This document shows positions 10,332 through 17,716 of a stretch of DNA of 64,000 nucleotides, piece by piece; within the stretch, counting starts at the first letter, position 1; each line of letters starts with the position of its first letter. The position numbers and the translations under genes are program-made. Below the pieces are notes generated by a model. It ran no database searches. It saw nothing but the letters and a program-made list of their open reading frames with translations, and had not been told where the DNA came from. Source of the stretch: an uncultured Acidobacteriaceae bacterium (GTDB lineage Bacteria; Acidobacteriota; Terriglobia; Terriglobales; Acidobacteriaceae); NCBI GenBank assembly GCA_963837665.1, contig CAWIOA010000009.1:285661-349660 (forward strand), written 5' to 3'.

Positions 10332-10425
10332 GCAGAAGTCAGAAGTCAGATTCAGAAGTGAAAACCTTTCTCAGCACACTCCGCGTTAAAGAGTTTACTT
10401 CTGCAATCTGACTTCTGACTTCTGC
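10332..10425. repeat. Periodic-arm hairpin element (GTCAGAA-type units)
   Basis: Left arm 10332-10359 gcagaagtcagaagtcagattcagaagt. Right arm 10397-10425 acttctgcaatctgacttctgacttctgc is its reverse complement with one indel. It lies between convergent genes and overlaps the kdsB 3' end. Confidence 0.8.
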
Positions 10426-11138
10426 AATTTCAAGATCTCTTCTACTCTCCGCACGTCCTCTTCTGTGTCGACACCTACGGTGTCGAATGGCGTCTCTGCC
10501 ACATAAATCGGAACCCCGTTCTCGAGGAAGCGCAACTGCTCCAGGCGCTCGCTGCGCTCGAGCGGCGACTCCGGCCAGCGCACGAACTTGTCGAGCGCCT
10601 CTTTGCGATAGCCGTAGAATCCAAGATGTTTGTAGTATTGCGGCCGTACTTCATCGCGGTCATACGGGATAGTCGTTCTCGAAAAATACAACGCCCGTCC
10701 GACTGCGTCCGTCACCACCTTCACTGCGCTCGGATTGTTGATGTCGATCTCCGCGGCCGGCGTCTTCAAGGTTCCAACCTCGACCCCTGCGCCCTGCATC
10801 ACCGCGATCAAGCGGTCGATGTGCTCGGGCCGGGTCAGCGGCTCATCGCCCTGAACATTCAAATAGACATCCGCTGGAACGGCGGTCGAGATCTCATGCA
10901 CCCGCTCGGTGCCCGAACGATGGTCCGCCGAAGTCATCTGCGCGGCAAAGCCGTGCTGCTGGCAAAAGCGCATGATTTCACCGGAGTCGGTAGCGACGAT
11001 GACTTGATCGAGCGACGAGCACCGCCGCACTCCCTCATAGACCCAAGCCAGCAGCGGGACGCCCGCGATCTCGCGCAGCATCTTACGGGGCAGGCGCGTC
11101 GAAGCCAGGCGCGCCGGAATCACAGCGACGACTTTCAT
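10395..11138 (-). CDS. kdsB: 3-deoxy-manno-octulosonate cytidylyltransferase (CMP-KDO synthetase)
   Basis: MKVVAVIPARLASTRLPRKML N-terminus, NVQGDEPL, LEQLRFLENG motifs. Confidence 0.93.
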   Translation of the reverse strand: MKVVAVIPARLASTRLPRKMLREIAGVPLLAWVYEGVRRCSSLDQVIVATDSGEIMRFCQQHGFAAQMTSADHRSGTERVHEISTAVPADVYLNVQGDEPLTRPEHIDRLIAVMQGAGVEVGTLKTPAAEIDINNPSAVKVVTDAVGRALYFSRTTIPYDRDEVRPQYYKHLGFYGYRKEALDKFVRWPESPLERSERLEQLRFLENGVPIYVAETPFDTVGVDTEEDVRRVEEILKLQKSEVRLQK

Positions 11139-11299
11139 GTGCCCAGTTTCGCATGGAGCCCGTGCGGTTTAACAGAGCATTCGTTTGACACTGCATTCGC
11201 TGCACTTTTAGAATGCAGTAGGGACGCGTCCACCCGCGTCTGCGGGATTCTGTGCCCACTTCCGGGCTATCCCTGGTTCCTTCCGCGTATTTCCGGATT

Positions 11300-11376
11300 G
11301 GCGGTGTAGCTCAGGTGGTTAGAGCGACGGTCTCATAATCCGTAGGTCGTAGGTTCGAGTCCTACCGCCGCCACCA
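11300..11376 (+). tRNA. tRNA with CAT anticodon (elongator Met, or Ile2 if lysidine-modified)
   Basis: Manual cloverleaf. Acceptor GGCGGTG/CGCCGCC (one G-U), D-arm GCTC/GAGC, anticodon loop CTCATAA, T-arm GTAGG-TTCGAGT-CCTAC, encoded CCA. The G1-C72 pair argues against an initiator. Confidence 0.88.
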
Positions 11377-11794
11377 GATTTAGGATTTGTTTTCAATAAG
11401 CTAGAGGTACCGGAGGTCGTGTACGATCGGTACCTCATCGCCACTAAACCGAATCGCTTGCATCGTCTTCCCCTGCTGGCGGATCGTTAGCGAGTGAATA
11501 GCCGCGAACCCGTTCGCCTCGTCCGGTACACCGATGTAGTGAATTTAGAACGGTGGAACATCCGAACGAACCTCGGCGGTGAGACTTACCGATTGTGACA
11601 GAGCAACGTGGGTACTCAGTACAACAGCGGAACGATCCTGCATCTGGTCATGGTGTCAATTGTATGTGCAGCACGGTCAAAGTAGGCGGGAAGACACGAT
11701 AACTGGCGCAAAATTCCCTTTACACTCACGACCCTGCCCCGACGAACAAACAGCCCCGCACCGCTGCGGGGCTGTTTCGTGGCAGCTACAGATT

Positions 11795-14215
11795 TTACTT
11801 GCCCGTACCCGTCAGATTCGAAGTCTGCGGGCCGTTGACCGCGCTGTCAGCCATGCTCAGCTGTCCCGTCCTCTTGCCTATCACGGTCGGGGTAAACGTC
11901 ACGCTAATCGTGCATTTGGCCTTGGCCTCCAGACTCGTCGTGCACGTTGTCGCCGAGACCGCAAAGTCTCCGGTCGTTGTGATTGCGATGCCGGTCAGTG
12001 GAACGGTCTGGTTGTTAGTCAAAGTGAACGTCTTCGGCAGACTGGTCGTGCCCACCTTCTGCGCCACGTAAGTGGCACTGGCCGGAGTCAGCGTCGCAGG
12101 CGTAATACCCGTGCCCGTCAGATTGGAGGTTTGCGGGCTGTTGCTGGCACTGTCGCTTACGCTCAACTGCCCCGTACGCGTCCCGATCGCCGTGGGGGTA
12201 AACGTCACGCTGATCGTGCATTTGGCCTTGGCCGCCAGACTCGTCCCGCAGGTCGTCGCCGAGACCGCAAAGTCTCCGGTCGTCGAGATGGCGATGCCGG
12301 TCAGCGTCACGGTCTGGTTGTTAGTCAAGGTAAACGTCTTCGGCAGACTGGTCGTGCCCTCCGCCTGTGCGGCGTAAGTAGCACTGGCCGGGGTCAGGGT
12401 CGCCGGCACGACGCCCGTGCCTGTGAGCGGTACGGTTTGCGGGCTGTTGTCGGCGCTGTCGCTCACGCTTAACTGCCCCGTCCTGTTGCCCGTTGTCGTC
12501 GGCGAGAACGTCACACTAATCGTGCATTTTCCTTTGGGGGCCAGGCTCGTCGCGCAAGCCGTGGCCGACACCGCAAAGTCTCCGGTCGTCGAGATTGCGA
12601 TGCTAGTCAGCGTTATGGTCTGGTTGTTGGTCAGCGTAAACGTCTTGGGCGAACTGGTCGTACCTACCGCCTGCGTGGCGTACGTGGCAGTGGCCGGGGT
12701 CAGCGTCGCCGACGGGACACCCGTGCCCGACAGCGCCACTGTCTGCGGGCTGTTGTCAGCGTTGTCGGTGATGGTGAGGGTCCCCGCCAGCGGGCCCAGC
12801 TGCGTGGGCGTGAAGGTGACACTGATCTTGCACTTCTTGCCCACGGCGAGCGTGGCGCCGCACGTATTTGCCAAAACCGCGAAGTCACCATTGATCGCGA
12901 CGTTGCTGATGGCCACAGAAACGGTACCGGTATTTGTCAACGTTATGTTCTTGGCAGCGCTGGTCGTGGAGGTCGCCTGAGGAGCGAAAGTGAGCGAAGT
13001 GGGCGAGAGTGTGACTGCGCCCGGCGCCAGCTCGAGGCTGAAGACCGTCCCGCAGCCGACCGTGCCGCAATTGCTGCTGGTACCTCCACGGAAGGTGGCG
13101 CCGTAGAATATCCCGTTCTTGGCTTGCACCAACCCTAAAGTTATCGCGCCGTCCGTGCCGTCGAAGCTGTGTAACGTGGTCAGGGTGCCCGTCGAGGTCA
13201 TTTTGAAAACGGTGCCACACCCGCCACCGCTGCAATTGCCGCTGCTACCTCCGAGTTCTGTGGTCCCGTAGAAGTCCCCGTCGGTGCCCTGCGCGAGCCC
13301 TGCTTCCGGGTAGGCGCCGTCCGTGTTATTGAAACTGTGTAGCGTGGTCAAGGTGCCCGCCGGGGTGATTTCAAAGACCGTGCCATAGTTGTTGGGCCCG
13401 TCGTCGTCGGTTGTCCCGTAGAAGTTCCCGTCGGCGCCTTGCGCGAGCCCCCCTATAGGGTAGGCGCCGTCCGTGTTATTGAAACTGTGCAGCGTGGTCA
13501 GGGTCCCCGCCAGCGTAATTTCGAAAACGGTGCCCAAGTTGTTGGTCCCGCCGTCCATGGTGGTGCCGTAGAAGTTCCCGTCGGAGCCCTGCACCAATCC
13601 AGCGTAAGGGTAAGAGCCGTCCGTGCCCGCGAAGGTGTAGAGCGTGGTCAGGGTGCCCGCCGGGGTCATTTTGAAAACGGTGCCCAAGTTGTTGCTCCCG
13701 CCGTACTCGGTTGTCCCGTAGAAGTTCCCGTCGGAGCCCTGCACCAATGCTGCGGTAGGCACAGCGCCGTCACTGACCACGAAGATGTGCAGCGTCGTCA
13801 GCGTACCGCTCGGAGTAATTTTGAAAACCGTGCCATGGCCGGTGCCGACTCCGCCAAAGCCTGTTGTCCCGTAGAAGTCCCCGTCGGTGCCTTGCACCAG
13901 TGCCGCGGTAGGGTTGGCGCCGTCGGTGCAGCTGCTTTGGGCGCAAAAACTGTACAGCGTGGTTAGCGCGCCCTCCGCTGTGATTTGAAAGACCGTGCCA
14001 GAGCCGTTGGCCCCACCGTAGAACGTTGTCCCGTAGAAGTTCCCGTCAGTGCCCTGGATGAGAGACGTCCCTGGATCAGCACCGTTGGTCATGTCGAAAT
14101 TTACCAGCGTGGTAAAGGTTTGCGCCGGGGATGCTATCGCCGTCACAGCCAACAACACAAAGACGATGGAGGTCATTCCCGTTAAGCAAGAAATCGTGAC
14201 CAGCGCTCGTTTCAT
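11795..14215 (-). CDS. Secreted repeat protein: N-terminal GloVer (Gloeo_Verruco-like) beta-propeller repeats plus four C-terminal Ig-like choice-of-anchor-D/HYDIN-like repeats
   Basis: Start set at ATG 14215 (MKRALVTISCL... signal peptide, AAGGAGGAA RBS upstream). About 8 repeats of GTDGNFYGTT..GG..G.GTVF..T..G.LTTL. Then there are four roughly 102-aa repeats, LTNN.T..L..I...GDFAV....C...L....KC.I.V.F.P...G.R.G.L...D.A.NSPQ. Confidence 0.8.
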   Translation of the reverse strand: MKRALVTISCLTGMTSIVFVLLAVTAIASPAQTFTTLVNFDMTNGADPGTSLIQGTDGNFYGTTFYGGANGSGTVFQITAEGALTTLYSFCAQSSCTDGANPTAALVQGTDGDFYGTTGFGGVGTGHGTVFKITPSGTLTTLHIFVVSDGAVPTAALVQGSDGNFYGTTEYGGSNNLGTVFKMTPAGTLTTLYTFAGTDGSYPYAGLVQGSDGNFYGTTMDGGTNNLGTVFEITLAGTLTTLHSFNNTDGAYPIGGLAQGADGNFYGTTDDDGPNNYGTVFEITPAGTLTTLHSFNNTDGAYPEAGLAQGTDGDFYGTTELGGSSGNCSGGGCGTVFKMTSTGTLTTLHSFDGTDGAITLGLVQAKNGIFYGATFRGGTSSNCGTVGCGTVFSLELAPGAVTLSPTSLTFAPQATSTTSAAKNITLTNTGTVSVAISNVAINGDFAVLANTCGATLAVGKKCKISVTFTPTQLGPLAGTLTITDNADNSPQTVALSGTGVPSATLTPATATYATQAVGTTSSPKTFTLTNNQTITLTSIAISTTGDFAVSATACATSLAPKGKCTISVTFSPTTTGNRTGQLSVSDSADNSPQTVPLTGTGVVPATLTPASATYAAQAEGTTSLPKTFTLTNNQTVTLTGIAISTTGDFAVSATTCGTSLAAKAKCTISVTFTPTAIGTRTGQLSVSDSASNSPQTSNLTGTGITPATLTPASATYVAQKVGTTSLPKTFTLTNNQTVPLTGIAITTTGDFAVSATTCTTSLEAKAKCTISVTFTPTVIGKRTGQLSMADSAVNGPQTSNLTGTGK
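11798..12709 (-). repeat. Three near-identical tandem coding repeats of about 306 bp (a fourth, more diverged unit extends to about 13015)
   Basis: Protein units ATLTPA(S/T)ATY...LTGTG recur with 102-aa spacing. DNA at 11801 and 12107 aligns with few mismatches. Confidence 0.8.
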
Positions 14216-14639
14216 AAACCTTCCTCCTTGGAAATTTCCAGACTGAGACTGTGAGAATTGCGATTCTTTACCACAGGAGCAGACCATCGGTGAGCTACCC
14301 CTCCCAAGGCGACCCATCTCCGAGTCAAGCAACTGCCGAAACGCAGAGCCCAAGAAACCCGAGCGTCCCGTTTTTCCTCGTGCCGAATCACCCGGGCGAG
14401 CTTTCAAGCTTGCTTCCCTACTTGTACATGTGAGAAACGGGGGGAAATTGGCTCAAAGACGCGAGAAACTTAAAGAAATTCCTATCGTTCTTTAAGACCG
14501 CTGCTGTTGGCGAGGTGTTGAAAAGCACGGCTTCGATGTTCCCAATCCCTCAGAAACGAGGTAGTAAGGAGAGGTTGGACTCGGCTCACGGCAACTCGGA
14601 ACCTGTTCGTTTTTGGCATAATATCGCATCTCTAACAAT

Positions 14640-16000
14640 GTCGGCAGTGTCAAGCACTTTGAAGCGTAGTAGTCCGTGCACTTCGAAAAGTGCGCCATTT
14701 CGCTCTAGTTGAAGGTTCTGCCATGCCAACCAAGGCTCGCTCGTAATCGGTTTCAGGTCAGGAACTCAGTCCGACCCATGCGTCTCTTCGGTCACACCTT
14801 CGATCATGATTACTATTTCGAACTCCCCAGTGAAGGGGAGCGGGATACCCAATCAATTTCTCGATGTTCTACCGCACACCATCGCGATTTCCGGGCTCTC
14901 CCGCGTGCGAACCGAACTCTTTCAACTGCCCGTAATTCCATCCCTTGCGCCACATCCAGTACATCCGAACTGCCAGTCTCCGGGCCATCGCGACCTTGGC
15001 GATCCGCCCTCGCCGCAACGCCAGGTGGAAGTACTTGTTTCGCCATTCCTGATCGCTGCGCACTGTGACTTGCGCCGCTTCCACCAGCAAAAAGCGCAAC
15101 AGAGAGTTACCTTGTTTCGTGATGTGTCCCAACCGTCGCCGATTCCCACTCGATTCTTCTAATGGCACCAGCCCCAGATAGCTCGCGATCTGCTTACCAC
15201 GCTGGAACCGCTCCGCTCTCCCGATGATAAGCACGAAGGCCAACGCGGTCAGCGCGCCCACTCCGGGGTGCGTCTGCAATCGCCGCGCCTCAGGACACTT
15301 CTCCACTTCCCCCTCGATGGCCTGCGTCAACTCGGCAATCGTCGGAGTCAGTCGGTCCAGCAACTCCAGCAGATCGCGCCGTCGCCGGCTCGCCCATGGC
15401 GCTAACGCAAACGACTCCAGTTGCTCCCGTCCAGCATCTCGCCAGAGCCGCTTCTTGCAGCGCAGTCCTTCGTTGAGCGCCACCGCCTGCAGCTGGTTCA
15501 TGATCCGCGTGCGCGCCTGCACCATCCGGTGCCGGTGCCACAGCAGTTGCCGCAGATCGCGATTCTCCCAACTCGGCACCCAGATCCGCGGAAAACGATC
15601 CTCGATCAGTAGTTGCAGAATCAGCCGTGCATCCTGGCGATCCGTCTTCTGCTTGCGGACTCGCTTGGTGCGGATCTCGGCGGCATCGCCGATGTTGAGT
15701 TCGAACCGCAGTTCTGACAGCAGTCTTTCAAACCAGCGTGCGTGCCCGCTGGCTTCCATGCCCATACGAACCCTCTGACCCGCAGCCGCCAGAGCACGAT
15801 AGAACTTCTCCGCCTCTTCGCGATGCGTTAGCCTCTTTTCCTGAAACTCTCCGGTGTCGGTATCCACCGAAGCCATTTGCTGAAACTCGGGGTGGAAATC
15901 TACTCCTATAATGATCATTGTTCGGCTCCTTTCTCCCGAGCCTGTTGGTTGGCTTTAGCACCACCAACTTTACTCGAGCGTGGGAGCCGACATTGTTATG
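14640..16000 (-). mobile_element. IS110-family insertion sequence A (ends not defined)
   Basis: Contains transposase 14869-15918. IS110-family elements lack classical terminal inverted repeats, so the limits are rough guesses from the fall in GC and the neighbouring element. Confidence 0.35.
14869..15918 (-). CDS. IS110-family DEDD transposase
   Basis: 349 aa. N-terminal MIIIGVDFH... RuvC-like DEDD domain with ...GMEASGH..., C-terminal ...L.THPGVGALTALAFV....RF....Q.ASYLGLVP...SSG...R.G.ITKQGN..LR..L.EAA. Confidence 0.9.
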   Translation of the reverse strand: MIIIGVDFHPEFQQMASVDTDTGEFQEKRLTHREEAEKFYRALAAAGQRVRMGMEASGHARWFERLLSELRFELNIGDAAEIRTKRVRKQKTDRQDARLILQLLIEDRFPRIWVPSWENRDLRQLLWHRHRMVQARTRIMNQLQAVALNEGLRCKKRLWRDAGREQLESFALAPWASRRRRDLLELLDRLTPTIAELTQAIEGEVEKCPEARRLQTHPGVGALTALAFVLIIGRAERFQRGKQIASYLGLVPLEESSGNRRRLGHITKQGNSLLRFLLVEAAQVTVRSDQEWRNKYFHLALRRGRIAKVAMARRLAVRMYWMWRKGWNYGQLKEFGSHAGEPGNRDGVR

Positions 16001-17560
16001 GAATCAATTACACGCAATATAAAAAGGCGCCCACTTTTGCGATAGGTTGTGAGTGTTGGATCACCAACCTAGCGAAAGGAGCGCCTTTATGAGTCAGGAA
16101 AAGTATATCGGCATGGACGTTCATCAGGCCACCATTTCGGTTGCCGTGATGGATGGGAGTGGCAAGTTGATCATGGAATGCCTGCTGGAGACCAAGGCGG
16201 GCACGATCGTCGAGTTCATCCAAGGACTGCATGGAACTCTGTTGCTGACTTTCGAAGAAGGAACTTCCGCGGCCTGGTTACACGATCTCCTGAAACCACA
16301 TGTCAACCGGCTCGTAGTCTGCGATCCGCGCAAAGCGGCTCTGTTGAAAGAAGGCAACAAGAGTGACCGGATCGATGCGCGCAAGCTGGCCGAGATGTTA
16401 CGCACCAACCAACTCCACTCGGTTTACCACGGCGAGCATGGGATGCGCACGTTGAAGGAACTGGGGCGCAGTTATCTGACCGTCACCAAAGATGTGACCC
16501 GGGTGATGAATCGGATCAAAGCGCTGTATCGCAGCTGGGCGATTCCCTGCAGCGGCACCACGGTCTACGCTTCACGTCATCGCGCCCAGTGGCTGGCCAA
16601 AATCGTGGAACCAGGAGTTCGGGTTCGAGCCGAACATTTATACCAGCAACTCGATAGTCTCCAACCGCTGCGTCTGGAAGCCCGACACCAACTCCTGCGG
16701 GAGAGCCATCAGCATGCTGCCGTGAAGCTGCTTCGCCAAGTGCCTGCCATCGGTCCGATCCGAGCTGCGCTGCTCGTTGCCTTGCTGCAGACCCCACACC
16801 GTTTCCGAACCAAACGTCAGCTCTGGGCCTACAGCGGGTTCGCGGTCGAGACGCACGACAGTGGCGAGTACCGCTATGTGCGGGGCAAACCGCAACGCAA
16901 TCGCGAGCGCATCACCGTGCGCGGTCTGAATGACAACTACAACAAGGACTTGAAGAATCTGTTCAAAGGGGCCGCCATCTCTGCCAGCTCAAGTCCTGGC
17001 CCTCTGCACGACTTCTATGTCGCTCGGGTGGAGAAAGGGATGCGGCCGACGATGGCCCGGCTCACCTTGGCACGGAAAATCGCGGCCATCAGCTTAACCC
17101 TGTGGAAGAAAGGAGTGAAGTTCGACCCGAAACAATTGCATCGACAAGCAGCTTGAGCATTTCCGGTGAAGACGGCTTTCCATCTCTGGGAACTTCTCTG
17201 CGGTGATGGTCGGTGGGGTTCGGAAGATGCTCGGTTCGAGGGGAGTATCCGTCAATGAGATCGGCCCTGTGTGCTTGGCACCGAGTCACCCATTACACGT
17301 TATGCCCCCTTGGATAACCAGAAATAGCCATAGGCCACGAGCCTCGGATAGAACCATGGTTGACGACGAGGAGTCACCTGTTTCGCTTGCTGCTCTTTCA
17401 AGCCCGATGACCTCACCGTCGACACAGAGGAAACCCGCGAATGGACCACAAGCCAAACTTCTTCAGGGAAGCACCAACTACAGTGGGCTGGATCTCGAGA
17501 AAGAAATCTCGCCGCCGGTCGAGGGAGAACTTTTTTCTTGACATCCCTTTTTATAGAACG
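16000..17560 (+). mobile_element. IS110-family insertion sequence B (ends not defined)
   Basis: Contains transposase 16089-17156, followed by about 400 nt of non-coding DNA. An outward-looking TTGACA lies at 17538-17543. Boundaries are guesses. Confidence 0.3.
16089..17156 (+). CDS. IS110-family DEDD transposase (distinct from element A)
   Basis: Start at ATG 16089 with an AAGGAG RBS. MSQEKYIGMDVHQATISVAV... DEDD N-terminal domain; C-terminal LLRQVPAIGPIRAALLVA...RF...RQLWAYSGF helix-hairpin region. Confidence 0.88.
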   Translation: MSQEKYIGMDVHQATISVAVMDGSGKLIMECLLETKAGTIVEFIQGLHGTLLLTFEEGTSAAWLHDLLKPHVNRLVVCDPRKAALLKEGNKSDRIDARKLAEMLRTNQLHSVYHGEHGMRTLKELGRSYLTVTKDVTRVMNRIKALYRSWAIPCSGTTVYASRHRAQWLAKIVEPGVRVRAEHLYQQLDSLQPLRLEARHQLLRESHQHAAVKLLRQVPAIGPIRAALLVALLQTPHRFRTKRQLWAYSGFAVETHDSGEYRYVRGKPQRNRERITVRGLNDNYNKDLKNLFKGAAISASSSPGPLHDFYVARVEKGMRPTMARLTLARKIAAISLTLWKKGVKFDPKQLHRQAA

Positions 17561-17716
17561 CATTGACCTAGAGGGAGAGGCCGGAGGTGCATGAAGTGCT
17601 TTGGCGCCACGCAGCTAAGCGGACCCGCGGGGCATCCGAGCGTCCACATCCGGCTAGCACGGCTCAAGAAGGGGGTAGAGCGAAAGCGGTTCTTGACACC
17701 AACCTCGATATGAGAA

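Noticed and set aside
11400-11545. Minus-strand open frame (…IHYIGVPDEANGFAAIHSLTIRQQGKTMQAIRFSGDEVPIVHDLRYL) next to the tRNA, possibly an island gene remnant
   Set aside because: It is bounded by a stop immediately upstream, with only a late ATG giving 17 aa. I recognise no family. It is too weak to call a CDS or pseudogene.
11579-12472. 297-aa plus-strand ORF (and 13439-13966) inside the repeat-protein gene
   Set aside because: The Arg-rich repetitive translation simply mirrors the tandem repeats on the opposite strand. The minus-strand frame has a signal peptide, an RBS and recognisable domains.
17203-17541. 112-aa ORF downstream of the second IS110 transposase
   Set aside because: It has no RBS or start context and a low-complexity Ser/Pro-rich translation. 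It lies in the IS non-coding flank, which is more likely RNA or regulatory.
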